A stretch of DNA of 63,738 bases, the filler included, from Candidatus Fermentibacterota bacterium (lineage in GTDB: Bacteria; JAFGKV01), in NCBI GenBank assembly GCA_016928395.1. It is 8 parts of 8 records of this genome, joined end to end, with 100 filler letters (N's around TTAATTAATTAA, not from the genome) between each part and the next. Parts side by side here need not be neighbours in the genome. Positions count along the whole stretch, not along the records: positions 36,013 to 39,146 come from JAFGKV010000033.1; positions 39,247 to 54,081 come from JAFGKV010000229.1; 6 more parts are not named here. The stretch is one strand, 5' to 3'. The position numbers were made by a program, and so were the translations under genes. Position 1 is the stretch's first letter; every line of letters starts with the position of its first letter. This document shows, piece after piece, positions 38,111 to 48,572 of this stretch. A model generated the notes under the pieces. The model did not search any database. It was not told the DNA's origin and worked only from the letters and a program-made list of their open reading frames with translations.

Positions 38111-38911
38111 ATGGATGTTCGGGCACACAATCGCCACGCGTGGGATCGCCAGGTTGACCTGGGCAATCGGTGGACCATCCCGGTGAGTGACGGGCAGATT
38201 GCCGCCGCGCGCCGGGGAGAATGGCAGATTCTCCTCACGCCGTCGAGACCGGTGCCGGCCGCCTGGTTCCCCGCGTTGGTCGGGGCCGAAGTGCTGTGCC
38301 TTGCCTCGGGTGGCGGTCAACAGGGTCCCCTCCTGGCCGCTGCGGGCGCGAGGGTCACCGTCTTCGACAGCTCGCCCAGGCAGCTGGAAAGGGATCGTTC
38401 GCTGGCGGATCTCCACCGCCTCCCGTTCCGCACGGTCGAGGGAGACATGCGGTGTCTGTCGACGTTCAGCGATGCGTCGTTTGACCTTATCGTGCATCCC
38501 GTTTCCAATGTATTCGTGCCCGAGATCCGGCCGGTGTGGAGAGAAGCGCATCGGGTGTTGAGGCCCGGAGGGCGCCTCATGTCCGGCATCACAAACCCCA
38601 TCATCTATGTCTTTGACGGGGATGCCTACGAACGTGGGGTTCTCGAGGCGAAGCATCGGCTGCCCTACTCCGATGCCGAGTTCCTCTCAGAGGCAGAGCA
38701 GTGTGCGAGGCTCGAGCAGGGTTCACCGCTGGAGTTCAGTCACACCCTTGAGGAACAGATCGGGGGACAGATCGAAGCCGGTTTCGTTCTCGCGGGATTC
38801 TTCGAGGATCGTTCAGGAGACGATGATCGGGAAATCCTCGAGCGCTTCACGGCGACCTTCATCGCCACCCTTGCCCTGAAGCCCCAAGAGATTCCCCGTT
38901 CCGGCCGGTAG
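38111..38911 (+). CDS. Class I SAM-dependent methyltransferase
   Basis: [29 protein letters not shown]. Confidence 0.9.
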   Translation: MDVRAHNRHAWDRQVDLGNRWTIPVSDGQIAAARRGEWQILLTPSRPVPAAWFPALVGAEVLCLASGGGQQGPLLAAAGARVTVFDSSPRQLERDRSLADLHRLPFRTVEGDMRCLSTFSDASFDLIVHPVSNVFVPEIRPVWREAHRVLRPGGRLMSGITNPIIYVFDGDAYERGVLEAKHRLPYSDAEFLSEAEQCARLEQGSPLEFSHTLEEQIGGQIEAGFVLAGFFEDRSGDDDREILERFTATFIATLALKPQEIPRSGR

Positions 38912-39247
38912 CGCCCAGTCCAAAGAAGACCTGGGACCGGCGCACGAGACGTTGATAAGATGTCAAATTGCGGAAGGAGCATATGGGTACAGGGTCGCCC
39001 AGGGGTGATTAGGGTCTTGCTTGTGACGGAACTGGCAGGGGACGGCGATGTGCCCGCCGGGAGAGCCGAATGGCGGCGAAGTCTCAGAGCGGGGACGTAG
39101 ATGAAATCAGGACTCTCGGAAGAAGCGCCCGTCACCCGGCGCACGGNNNNNNNNNNNNNNNNNNNNNNNNNNNNNNNNNNNNNNNNNNNNTTAATTAATT
39201 AANNNNNNNNNNNNNNNNNNNNNNNNNNNNNNNNNNNNNNNNNNNNG

Positions 39248-39364
39248 GAGCTGGAGACGCGGGGTCTCGCGGTGGAGCATGCTGTGTACAGCCGGGTGCT
39301 GCGCAATCTGTTCGAGGGACACGTGACAGGACCGGGGAAGGACGGGTACGATGGGGGTGGGTGA
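39248..39364 (+). CDS. purN: 3' fragment of probable phosphoribosylglycinamide formyltransferase (not in ORF track)
   Basis: ELETRGLAVEHAVYSRVL resembles the PurN terminal R..xxEHxxY helix; lies directly before purF. Confidence 0.6.
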   Translation, partial: ELETRGLAVEHAVYSRVLRNLFEGHVTGPGKDGYDGGG

Positions 39365-39384
39365 ACCGGTACGGCTGCTGGCTT

Positions 39385-39428
39385 TGAGCTGTTGACTGTG
39401 GACTGTAAGCTGTAAACTGTGAACTGTA
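39385..39428 (+). repeat. Heptamer array (CTGT-containing unit, about 6 copies)
   Basis: tgagctg-ttgactg-tggactg-taagctg-taaactg-tgaactg. Confidence 0.8.
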
Positions 39429-39455
39429 CGCTCTAGACTACTCCCGGAGGCATCG

Positions 39456-40886
39456 ATGTGTGGTATACTCGGCATATTCGGGAACGGCAACGTGACGCCA
39501 GAGCTCATCCTTGGGCTCACGGCCCTGCAGCATCGGGGGCAGGATTCGGCAGGCATCGTTTCGTTCGACGGGAGCTTCCGGATGAAGAAGGGGTTGGGGT
39601 ACGTCGATGGGATTTTCGATGAACGTACCCCCGAGGAGGTGCAGGGATACTGCGGTCTCGGCCATGTCCGCTATGCCACCATCGGGACTCCTGATATCCT
39701 CAATGCGCAGCCGTTCGCGGTGAACTACCCCTTCGGCTTGGCCATGGTGCACAACGGCAATGTAATCAACTTCGCCCAGCTGCGGAAGTCGCTGTACGAG
39801 GATCATCACCGGCTGCTGGATACGTCCAACGACGTGGCGCTTATCCTCTATACCTTTGCATCGCAACTGGAAATGAAGGATCTCAAGAACCTCACCGTCG
39901 ATGACATATTCGATACCGTTGAGGCGACCCAGGCCCGGGTCAGAGGGGCCTATTCCGCCATTACGATCATCGCGAACCGGGGCTTTCTCGCCTTCACGGA
40001 TCCTCACGGGATCAGGCCCATTGTCATGGGCAGGAAGTATACCGACAAAGGGCTGGTTTACGCCTTCGCCTCGGAGACCACATGTTTTGACTACCTTGGC
40101 TTCGAGTTTGTGCGGGATTTGGGCCACGGTGAGGCGGTGTTCATCGATCAGAACATGCAGGTGCACCAGCGCACCTGTCAGCGGTCCACCCAGGCGTTCT
40201 GTGTGTTCGAGTACATCTATTTCTCCAGCGAGGATTCGGTGATACACGGCCGCTTGGTGGCCAGCGAGCGGCTCCGTATGGGTAGAACCCTCGCGCGCAC
40301 CGTGCGTGAGGCAGGAATCCAGCCCGATTTCGTGATGGATGTGCCCAATTCGGCGTATTTCTTCGCGTCGGGGCTGGCCGAGGAGCTGGGGGTTCCCTAT
40401 CGGCGGGGTCTGGCCAAGAATCACCATATCGGCCGGTCATTCATCTCGCCGACCCAGCAAAAGAGGGAGATCATGGTGCGACAGAAGGTGAACCCGCTGA
40501 GGGACGTGATCCGGGGTCGCAAGGTCGCCGTGGTGGACGATTCCATCGTGAGGGGCACCACGGCGAAGCATCTGGTGCGTCTGCTGAAGTCCAGGGGAGC
40601 CAAAGAGGTCTACTTCATCTCCGCCTCCCCACCCATCAAGCACCCCTGCATCTATGGCATAGATATGTCGGCCAAGGAAGAGATTCTGGCGGCCCACTAT
40701 GCGCCTGGTGAAATCGCGCACTATATCGGCGCCGATGCAGTGGTCTATCAGTCGCTGGAGGATCTGCGAGACCTCTACGCGGACCTGCCCTGTTGTTTCG
40801 CGTGCTTTTCGGGGGAGTACCCCACCGGAGTGACCCGTGAGCTTCTCAACGACATCGAACAGGAGAAGCTGTGCGCCAAGCGATAG
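39456..40886 (+). CDS. purF: Amidophosphoribosyltransferase
   Basis: MCGILG, QHRGQD, HNGN, CVFEYIYF, VDDSIVRGTT, Fe-S cysteines. Confidence 0.97.
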   Translation: MCGILGIFGNGNVTPELILGLTALQHRGQDSAGIVSFDGSFRMKKGLGYVDGIFDERTPEEVQGYCGLGHVRYATIGTPDILNAQPFAVNYPFGLAMVHNGNVINFAQLRKSLYEDHHRLLDTSNDVALILYTFASQLEMKDLKNLTVDDIFDTVEATQARVRGAYSAITIIANRGFLAFTDPHGIRPIVMGRKYTDKGLVYAFASETTCFDYLGFEFVRDLGHGEAVFIDQNMQVHQRTCQRSTQAFCVFEYIYFSSEDSVIHGRLVASERLRMGRTLARTVREAGIQPDFVMDVPNSAYFFASGLAEELGVPYRRGLAKNHHIGRSFISPTQQKREIMVRQKVNPLRDVIRGRKVAVVDDSIVRGTTAKHLVRLLKSRGAKEVYFISASPPIKHPCIYGIDMSAKEEILAAHYAPGEIAHYIGADAVVYQSLEDLRDLYADLPCCFACFSGEYPTGVTRELLNDIEQEKLCAKR

Positions 40887-42697
40887 CCTCCATTGCGGTG
40901 GTGGATTTCGGCGGTCAGTATACCCATCTCATTTGCCGCGGCATCCGTAGGGCAGGCTACCGGGCGGATGTGCGGTCTGTGGGCGAATTGGCTGCGGGCG
41001 CCCTGGCTGAGTGTGCGGGCATGGTACTTTCCGGCGGACCTGACTCGGTGCTGGCCTTCGACCTGTCAGCGATTGCCGGGCGAATCCGTGGGTTTCCCAG
41101 GCCCGTGCTGGGCATCTGCTACGGCCATCAACTCCTCGCACGTATCTTTGGCGGGCTGGTGGTGACAGCCTGCGCCCGGGAGTATGGCCTGACGACCATT
41201 ACCGCCGGCACCGACGCAGTGCTGTTTAGGGGGCTACCGCCGGTGCAGCGGGTCTGGATGAGTCACGGGGACCATGTGGAGACGGTGCCGCACGGGTTCA
41301 CGGTGACCGCCTCTACCGATACGGTTCCGGTGGCAGCCATGGAGTCTGCCGAAGGCCTCATCTACAGTGTCCAGTTCCATCCGGAGGTTGTGCATACGGA
41401 GCACGGCGCGGCCATGCTGGGCAACTTCATCCGAGCGTGTCTTGATGCGGCGCCCGCCGGCATGGAGGAGCTGTCATGGTCTGCGGATGCGGTGCGGGAC
41501 GAGATTCTTGGCGCTATCCGAACTCAGGCGGGGGAGCGGCCGCTGTTGCTTCTGGTATCGGGCGGGGTGGATTCTCTCGTCTGCCTGGGCCTCTGCATCG
41601 AAGCGGTGGGGTCAGGCCGAGTCCACGCAGTACACATCGACACCGGGTTTATGCGAGCGAACGAATCGCGAGAGGTTGCCGAGCATCTTGTCGAGCTCGG
41701 GTATCACAACCTCCATGTTGTGGATGCGTCGGATCGCTACTTCTCCTCGCTGAAAGGGGTCATCAATCCCGAAGAGAAGCGGTCTATCATCGGGAGGCTC
41801 TTCGTGGAGGTGCTGCGCGACGCGGTGGAGGCGTTGGGAGTTGGTCCCGATTGGATGCTGGTGCAGGGAACCATCTACCCCGATCGCATCGAGACAGGGG
41901 GAACCGAGCGGGCTGACCGAATCAAGACCCACCATAACCGTGTGTCACAGATCCAAGCGCTCATAGATCAGGGGCGAGTCATTGAGCCGCTGGCGGACCT
42001 CTACAAGCATGAGGTGCGGCACCTGGGTGTGCTTTTGGGCCTGCCGCCGCATTTGGTTCAGCGCCAGCCCTTCCCGGGCCCCGGGCTGGCCGTCAGAGTT
42101 GTCTGCTCGGATACGGCGATTCCTCTCTCTGGGTTTGACCGAGAGCAGGCATCCCTGTCCGGGCTCATCGGGCCTGATCTTGACGGCCTGGTGCTGCCCG
42201 TACGCAGCGTGGGCGTGCAGGGTGATGCCCGAACCTATTGCCATCCTGCGATGGTCTGGTACCGGGATCGCCGCAGCAGGCCAGACTGGCAGGTGCTTAA
42301 GGCCGTGGCCGCACGGATCGTCAATGCGCTGAGCACCGTGAACCGGGTCGTATGGTCGGCACGGCCTGCAGGCCATGTGTCGTTGGGAGTGTGCATGCTG
42401 GATCGGCGCCGCATCGACCTTCTGCAGGAGGTGGATGCGGCGGCCCGGGATGCGGCGGCCGGTGAGCGCGGAATCTGGCAGATGCCGGTGGTTGCCCTGC
42501 CCCTGTTCGACCATGAAGGGAATCAGGCCTTTGTGCTGCGGCCTGTGTCGTCTCGGGATGCCATGACCGCCGACGTGTTCGCGATGGACCCGGCAGTGTT
42601 CGAGGCCCTCAGGGCCCGGTTACAGGCCATCGAGGGCGTGGGCCCCATTCTCTACGATCTTACCACCAAGCCTCCGGGGACCATCGAATGGGAGTAG
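40871..42697 (+). CDS. guaA: GMP synthase (glutamine-hydrolysing), long form
   Basis: GICYGHQ, QFHPEV, SGGVDS, IKTHHN, PFPGPGL, KPPGTIEWE. Confidence 0.95.
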   Translation: MRQAIASIAVVDFGGQYTHLICRGIRRAGYRADVRSVGELAAGALAECAGMVLSGGPDSVLAFDLSAIAGRIRGFPRPVLGICYGHQLLARIFGGLVVTACAREYGLTTITAGTDAVLFRGLPPVQRVWMSHGDHVETVPHGFTVTASTDTVPVAAMESAEGLIYSVQFHPEVVHTEHGAAMLGNFIRACLDAAPAGMEELSWSADAVRDEILGAIRTQAGERPLLLLVSGGVDSLVCLGLCIEAVGSGRVHAVHIDTGFMRANESREVAEHLVELGYHNLHVVDASDRYFSSLKGVINPEEKRSIIGRLFVEVLRDAVEALGVGPDWMLVQGTIYPDRIETGGTERADRIKTHHNRVSQIQALIDQGRVIEPLADLYKHEVRHLGVLLGLPPHLVQRQPFPGPGLAVRVVCSDTAIPLSGFDREQASLSGLIGPDLDGLVLPVRSVGVQGDARTYCHPAMVWYRDRRSRPDWQVLKAVAARIVNALSTVNRVVWSARPAGHVSLGVCMLDRRRIDLLQEVDAAARDAAAGERGIWQMPVVALPLFDHEGNQAFVLRPVSSRDAMTADVFAMDPAVFEALRARLQAIEGVGPILYDLTTKPPGTIEWE

Positions 42698-43968
42698 ACC
42701 TGCTAATCCGCGATGCGCGATGGCTTCAGCCGGATGGGAGCTTCGCCATGGGGCATCTCCTGGCGCGCGGGGGCAGGATCCGCCATCTGCGGCTCGACGA
42801 TAGTCTGCCTCAGGGTGTACCTGCGATCGAGGCTCGTGGCCTGCTGGTACTACCCGGAGCCATCGACGCCCACACCCATTTCCGGCAGCCCGGGCAGGCC
42901 TACAAGGAGGGTATCCGCAACGGCACGCGGGCGGCGCTCAAGGGCGGTGTCACCACCGTACTGGATATGCCGAACACTGTACCCCCCTGCACCAGCACGG
43001 CCCGCCTGAGGCGGAAGCGCGACCTCTTTGCGACACACTCCCTGGTGAACTGGGGGCTGCACGTCCTGGCTCTGCCAGGGAAGGCCCCGCCGGAACTGCC
43101 CTACGCCTTCGGCAAGATCTACATGGCACAATCGAGCAGGGCGCCTGCGGTGGCCCCACGCGCCCTGGGGCGTGTTCTTGCCGGATGGCCCCGGGTCATG
43201 GTGCATGCGGAAGATGAGACTGCGTTCCCGCCTCTGGCGCCCACCGCGCCGCATCACCAGCGGCGGCCCCGGGCCGCCATTACCCGGGCATTGGAGGCAA
43301 TGAGCGCCGCGTTGGACGCGGGCGGCACTAATGCGCAGTCGAGGATCGTCGTATGCCATGTGTCCACCGCCGACGAGGTGGCTTGGATTCGGGACCGTAA
43401 GGCCCGGGGTTTCGATGTATGGGGCGAGACATGCCCTCACTACTGCCTGCTGACCCACAATGACTACCTTCGGCATGGCTCTCGGCTGCAGGTCAACCCA
43501 CCGCTGCGGGACGAACGTGACAGACGGGCGATCCTTGAAGGCGTGGCCAGTGGTGACATCGACTTCATCTCCAGCGATCATGCGCCTCACACCCCGAGGG
43601 AGAAGGCCTCATCCCACCCGCCGTCCGGGATTCCCGGGATCGAGTGGCTGGTGCCCGCCATGCTGCACCTGGTGAGCCAGGGAGTCATTTCGTGGAAGCG
43701 GCTGCATGAGGTCATGTGCGCCTCACAGTCGGCCTGCTTCTGTGTTCGGCATCGGGATGGTCTTCTGCCGGGCAATGTCGCCGATATGGTGGTGGTCAGT
43801 CCATCCGCCGGGAGCCCCGTCGTGCCGATCGTCACCAGAGCGCACTACGATCCCTTCGATGGCGTGCCTCTGGGATGGACGGTGCACGCCACCATCGTGA
43901 ATGGCAGTATCATGTACCGCGACGGAGTGGTCGCAGGTTCTGCACGAGGCAGGGAGGTCGTATCGTGA
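42688..43968 (+). CDS. pyrC: Dihydroorotase
   Basis: PGAIDAHTHFR, DMPNT, HAED, NPPLR, SDHAPH; pyr operon context. Confidence 0.9.
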   Translation: MGVDLLIRDARWLQPDGSFAMGHLLARGGRIRHLRLDDSLPQGVPAIEARGLLVLPGAIDAHTHFRQPGQAYKEGIRNGTRAALKGGVTTVLDMPNTVPPCTSTARLRRKRDLFATHSLVNWGLHVLALPGKAPPELPYAFGKIYMAQSSRAPAVAPRALGRVLAGWPRVMVHAEDETAFPPLAPTAPHHQRRPRAAITRALEAMSAALDAGGTNAQSRIVVCHVSTADEVAWIRDRKARGFDVWGETCPHYCLLTHNDYLRHGSRLQVNPPLRDERDRRAILEGVASGDIDFISSDHAPHTPREKASSHPPSGIPGIEWLVPAMLHLVSQGVISWKRLHEVMCASQSACFCVRHRDGLLPGNVADMVVVSPSAGSPVVPIVTRAHYDPFDGVPLGWTVHATIVNGSIMYRDGVVAGSARGREVVS

Positions 43969-44588
43969 CTCAATCCAAGGCGGATTTCCTCGATTTTCTC
44001 GTACAGCAGGGCGCATTGCGGTTCGGGGAGTTCACGTTGAAGTCCGGAGGACGCTCGCCGTTTTTCGTCGACTTGGGGCAGATCTGTACAGGAGATTCGC
44101 TGTGGCGCCTCGGTGAGTTCCTGGCTGATGCCGTGGTGAACAATTACGGTGCGGTGGATGTCCTGTACGGGCCGCCCTACAAGGCCATCCCTATGATCGC
44201 TGCTGCGGCCATCGCTTTACGGCAGCGCACGGGCAAGGATGTCGGGGTCTGCTATTCCCGCAAGGAGGCCAAGGAACACGGCGAGCGGGGAACCCTCGTC
44301 GGGATGCTGCCCGGTCCTGAAGCACGGATCCTCGTGGTGGACGATGTATTCACCACGGGAGCGACCAAGCTGGAGGCCCTGGAGACCCTGGAAGAGGCCG
44401 GCGGCGTTCGGGCCACCGGGATTCTCGTCTCCGTGGATAGGCGAACCCAGGGACAGGATGCCGGCATCGGCGACATCCCACTGACCGCGCTGGTCCATCT
44501 CGGCGACATCGTTGACTACATGGAACAGGTCGGTGACAGCCGGGCTCATCTCGTTCGAGGATTCTGGGAGAATCAGTATGGACCATAA
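43965..44588 (+). CDS. pyrE: Orotate phosphoribosyltransferase
   Basis: FTLKSG, GPPYK, RKEAKEHGE, VDDVFTTG; GTGA overlap. Confidence 0.95.
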   Translation: MTQSKADFLDFLVQQGALRFGEFTLKSGGRSPFFVDLGQICTGDSLWRLGEFLADAVVNNYGAVDVLYGPPYKAIPMIAAAAIALRQRTGKDVGVCYSRKEAKEHGERGTLVGMLPGPEARILVVDDVFTTGATKLEALETLEEAGGVRATGILVSVDRRTQGQDAGIGDIPLTALVHLGDIVDYMEQVGDSRAHLVRGFWENQYGP

Positions 44589-45273
44589 AGATTTCCGCCT
44601 CATTCCCGCGTTGGATACGACGGATCTGTCTGCGGCCGCGCGCCTGGTCTCGGCCGTGGGGGAGGCGCAGGCGGTGTACGGCTTCAAGGTCGGGTTCGGG
44701 CTGGGGCTGGCCCACGGTCTTCCCAGGGTGGTGGAGGCCATCAGGAAGAGCTCGGCGAAGCCAATACTCTACGACCATCAGAAGGCGGGCACCGATATCC
44801 CCGATACTGGGCGGCTCTTTGCCGAGACGCTCCGGGGCGCAGGAGTTGATGAGGCCATTCTGTTCCCCCATGCCGGGCCTGCCGTGCTCGCCGCCTGGGT
44901 AGCTGCCTGCAGCGAGGCCGGGCTCAAGGTGATCGTCGGCGGTCTCATGACCCATAGAGGCTATGTGCGTTCCGAAGGAGGGTTTCTCGCCGACGAGGCG
45001 ATCCCCGAGATCTACCGCCTCGCGCATCGGGAAGGAGTGCGGGCGTTCGTGGTACCCTTGACCAAACCTGCGGCCACCCGCCTCTTGGTCCGAGAACTGG
45101 ATCTTGGGGCATGTGAGTTCTACTCGCCCGGGTATGGCGCTCAGGGAGGAGACCCCGGCGCGTTTGATTTTATTCGGCGCCACTACGTCATAGTCGGGCG
45201 TTCGCTCCTCAAGGCGCCCGATCCTTTGCACTACGTTCAGGAGGTGAGTGATGCGCTGGCGAGGTGCCCATGA
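44578..45273 (+). CDS. pyrF: Orotidine-5'-phosphate decarboxylase
   Basis: PALD, FKVG, DHQKAGTDIPDT, SPGYGAQGG, IVGRS. Confidence 0.9.
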   Translation: MDHKDFRLIPALDTTDLSAAARLVSAVGEAQAVYGFKVGFGLGLAHGLPRVVEAIRKSSAKPILYDHQKAGTDIPDTGRLFAETLRGAGVDEAILFPHAGPAVLAAWVAACSEAGLKVIVGGLMTHRGYVRSEGGFLADEAIPEIYRLAHREGVRAFVVPLTKPAATRLLVRELDLGACEFYSPGYGAQGGDPGAFDFIRRHYVIVGRSLLKAPDPLHYVQEVSDALARCP

Positions 45274-46193
45274 AGCGTGATTTGATCTCTCTTGACGACC
45301 TGAGCCTGGAGGATATCAGGGGGTACCTCGATCTGGCTACCCATTTGGAGACAGTACCTGACGAGCGCAAACTCACCCGCCTGCCCGGCGCCATCATGAT
45401 GACCATGTTCTACGAGCCCAGCACGCGGACCCGGCTGAGTTTCGAGGCGGCGATGTGTCGCCTGGGCGGCCGGGCCATCGGTTTTGCCGCCGCCGACGCG
45501 ACGTCGGTCGCCAAGGGCGAATCGTTGGTGGATACGGTGCGTACGGTGGAGAACTATGCCGACATTCTGGTGATACGGCACCCCAAGGAGGGCACCGCCC
45601 GGGTCGCAGGCGAGATCAGCTTGCTCCCGGTGATCAATGCGGGAGACGGCGCCAATCAACATCCCAGCCAGACTCTGCTGGATCTGTACACCATCCAGAG
45701 GTTGTTCGGGCGTATCGGCAATCTGAAAATCGCCTTCGTGGGCGATCTGAAGTACTCCCGGACGGTACACTCTCTGATCCGCGCCCTTATCAAGTTCAGC
45801 CATCTGGACTTCGTGCTGGTGTCTCCGGAGAGTCTTCGGCTGCCCACGTATCTGGTTCCCCCACCGGAGCAATGCATGGACGTGACCTTTCGCGAGACCC
45901 AGAGCCTGGAGGAGGCGATCCAGTCGTGTGATCTGGTGTACATGACCCGGGTGCAACGGGAACGATTCCCCGATTCCCTGGAGTTTGAGCGGGTGAAGGA
46001 TGCCTACTGCCTCGATGCCGACATCCTGCAAGGGGCGCCCTCCCATCTGCGCATTATGCACCCGTTGCCCCGCGTGAACGAGATCGCCTACAGCGTCGAT
46101 AGAACCACCTATGCCAGCTATTTTACTCAGGTGAGGAACGGCCTGATCATGCGACAGGCCATCCTGCTGACGCTTCTGGGGGTTGCGCCATGA
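45270..46193 (+). CDS. pyrB: Aspartate carbamoyltransferase catalytic subunit
   Basis: FYEPSTRT, HPSQ, TRVQRERF, HPLPR. Confidence 0.97.
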   Translation: MKRDLISLDDLSLEDIRGYLDLATHLETVPDERKLTRLPGAIMMTMFYEPSTRTRLSFEAAMCRLGGRAIGFAAADATSVAKGESLVDTVRTVENYADILVIRHPKEGTARVAGEISLLPVINAGDGANQHPSQTLLDLYTIQRLFGRIGNLKIAFVGDLKYSRTVHSLIRALIKFSHLDFVLVSPESLRLPTYLVPPPEQCMDVTFRETQSLEEAIQSCDLVYMTRVQRERFPDSLEFERVKDAYCLDADILQGAPSHLRIMHPLPRVNEIAYSVDRTTYASYFTQVRNGLIMRQAILLTLLGVAP

Positions 46194-46666
46194 GCGACAC
46201 GGATCGTGTGCTGCTGATACCCAAGATCGACAATGGCATCGTCATCGATCACATCCCTCCCGGTTTCGGGATCGCCATTCTGGAGATCATCCGGAGGGAT
46301 CCCGCCATGCGGGATGTCGTCGTGACCCTTGGCCTGAACTACCACAGCAGCAAGATGGGCAAGAAAGATCTCATCAAGCTGTGGCTCGATGAACTGTCGC
46401 CGCGAGTGGTGCAGCACATCTCGCTGGTCTGCCCCGGGATCACGATCAAGAAGATCACGAACTACGAGGTGGAGCGCCGGTATGTCATCAGGCCGCCACA
46501 GTCTGCCCGCAATCTCCTGCGCTGTCTCAATCCCAGTTGTGTGACCAATACGGAGCCCAATGTCGACACCAACTTCACCATGGTCGATGAGGAGAAGAAG
46601 AAGCTCAAATGCATGTACTGCGAACGTGTCTTTTCTCTGAAGGATCTCAAGCCAATCATCCCGTGA
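46190..46666 (+). CDS. pyrI: Aspartate carbamoyltransferase regulatory subunit
   Basis: GIVIDHI, KKDLIK, CLNPSC...CMYCE zinc site. Confidence 0.95.
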   Translation: MSDTDRVLLIPKIDNGIVIDHIPPGFGIAILEIIRRDPAMRDVVVTLGLNYHSSKMGKKDLIKLWLDELSPRVVQHISLVCPGITIKKITNYEVERRYVIRPPQSARNLLRCLNPSCVTNTEPNVDTNFTMVDEEKKKLKCMYCERVFSLKDLKPIIP

Positions 46667-46729
46667 CGCTGATCGGGATGGGGTGGCGCGCCGCAGGGGC
46701 CGACGCAGTGGGCATTATGGGCCGTGACC

Positions 46730-46759
46730 ATGGACTATTCTACCATTAGAATAGTCCAT
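46730..46759. promoter_or_regulatory. Perfect AT-rich inverted repeat between pyrI and pyrD
   Basis: ATGGACTATTCTA-CCAT-TAGAATAGTCCAT; function not established. Confidence 0.5.
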
Positions 46760-46833
46760 CCTGCACCATTTCTGACCGCGGTGGGTCTCTGTCGGGCGCG
46801 CCGAGGGTTGGTCGGCCGTGTGAGGCCGTCGGG

Positions 46834-47772
46834 ATGAGCAGTCTTCGCACCGTTCTGGCCGGTGTCATCCTGGAGTCGCCGCTGGTGTTGGCTTCGGGTG
46901 TCTTGGGTCTGACTGCGTCTTCGCTGGCCCGTATCGCCTCGGCAGGCGCGGGGGCCGTAACGACCAAGTCCTTTGGCACTGAACCGCGGGCCGGTCACAA
47001 AGGGCCCAGCGTGGTTCCCTACCCTCAGGGTATCCTGAACTGCGTAGGGCTCTCCAATCCCGGCGCCGATGCCATGATCCGGGAGATTCGAGCCTACAGG
47101 GCGCTTTCGTCCGCGCCGGTCATCGCCTCGGTGTTCGGGAGGACGGTAGAGGAGTTCGGCGACGTGACGGCACGGGCTAGGGAGGCCGTGCCTGATCTCA
47201 TCGAGGCCAATGTCTCGTGCCCCAATGTGGCTGCGGAGTTTGGCGCTCCGTTCGGCGCCGATTTCGAATCGTGCGCCGCGGTGACGCGTGCCGTGAAGAG
47301 GAACGCCGGCCCCATTCCGGTGGCGGTCAAACTCACCGTCAACTGCCCCGGCATCGGCCGTATGGCCCGGGTGTGCGAAGAGAACGGCGCCGACATTATC
47401 ACCGCCGTCAACACCATCGGCCCCGGCATGCTCATCGCCACCGAGGTCTGCCGGCCGGTGCTGTCCAATCTGGTGGGCGGCGTGTCGGGCCCGGCCATCT
47501 TTCCCGTGGCCTTGCGGGCCGTGTGGGAGGTGCGGGCCCACACTGCGCTGCCCATCATCGGTACGGGCGGAGTGTGCACCGCGGATGACGCACTCCAGAT
47601 GCTCATGGCGGGCGCCACGGCAGTTGGTGTCGGGTCGGCGGTGTATCACGGGGGCATCGACGTATTCCAGAACATCAATGGCGGTGTGGAAGCCTTCCTG
47701 GCGGAGCGCGGGCTCTCGTCCCCGGCGTCGCTCATCGGTTCGGCCCATGCTGCGGGTCGAAACGAGCGTTGA
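46834..47772 (+). CDS. pyrD: Dihydroorotate dehydrogenase class 1B catalytic subunit
   Basis: TTKS, GLSNPG, NVSCPN, NTI, GGVSG, GTGG. Confidence 0.95.
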   Translation: MSSLRTVLAGVILESPLVLASGVLGLTASSLARIASAGAGAVTTKSFGTEPRAGHKGPSVVPYPQGILNCVGLSNPGADAMIREIRAYRALSSAPVIASVFGRTVEEFGDVTARAREAVPDLIEANVSCPNVAAEFGAPFGADFESCAAVTRAVKRNAGPIPVAVKLTVNCPGIGRMARVCEENGADIITAVNTIGPGMLIATEVCRPVLSNLVGGVSGPAIFPVALRAVWEVRAHTALPIIGTGGVCTADDALQMLMAGATAVGVGSAVYHGGIDVFQNINGGVEAFLAERGLSSPASLIGSAHAAGRNER

Positions 47773-48572
47773 TGCCTGCGTCCTTGTTCGAGCCGGGCCT
47801 CATGCGTACCTGCCGCATCCAGAGCGTGATTGTCCATTCCCCTTCGCTGAAGAGCTTCTACCTTCCGTCATCGTTGGATGCGGCGCCGGGTCAGTTCGTC
47901 AACCTGTGGCTTCCGGGAGTGGATGAGAAGCCCATCTCCATCTCGGGCATGCGAGACGGACTCATGGAGCTTTCGGTCAAATCGGTGGGTCCGTTCACCC
48001 GGGCACTGATGGACTGTGCGCCCGGTGACCTTGTCGGCATCCGCGGACCCTTTGGCACAGGCTTCTCTCCGGCCAGCAACTCCCTGCTCATCGGCGGTGG
48101 CACCGGTATCGCGCCGATTCGTTTTCTCGCCCAGTCGCTGCGGGATCGCGGCATGCCCTATGCGCTGGTATGCGGCGCCCGAAGCCGTTGTGAACTCATC
48201 TTCGAGGATGAACTACGGGAGTGGGGATGCCGTTTCGCCTCGGATGACGGCACCTGCGGCATCTGCGGCGTGGTGACCGATCTGCTGGACGAGGCGGGGG
48301 AGAGTGGTCTCATTTCCGTGGTGTGCGCCGCAGGGCCTGAGCCGATGCTCCTTCGGATCATGGCATGGGCGGACGGCAGATCCCTTCCCTATCAGATTTC
48401 TTTCGAGCGCTATATGAAGTGCGGTATTGGCATCTGTGGTTCGTGCTGCCTCGATGGTTCAGGTATCCGTGTGTGCGTCGAAGGGCCGGTGTTGGGCAAA
48501 GACCAAATCGCCCAGGTCACTGAGTGTGGCTTGCCCCATCGGGATGCATCGGGGCTGCGGCTCGGGGAGTGA
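47772..48572 (+). CDS. pyrK: Dihydroorotate dehydrogenase electron transfer subunit
   Basis: PGQF, KPIS, RGPFG, GGGTGIAP, MKCGIGICGSC...VCVEGP. Confidence 0.92.
   Translation: MPASLFEPGLMRTCRIQSVIVHSPSLKSFYLPSSLDAAPGQFVNLWLPGVDEKPISISGMRDGLMELSVKSVGPFTRALMDCAPGDLVGIRGPFGTGFSPASNSLLIGGGTGIAPIRFLAQSLRDRGMPYALVCGARSRCELIFEDELREWGCRFASDDGTCGICGVVTDLLDEAGESGLISVVCAAGPEPMLLRIMAWADGRSLPYQISFERYMKCGIGICGSCCLDGSGIRVCVEGPVLGKDQIAQVTECGLPHRDASGLRLGE

Noticed and set aside
39365-39455. Possible purine or ZTP riboswitch upstream of purF
   Set aside because: The gap is short and mostly a heptamer array; purF appears internal to an operon
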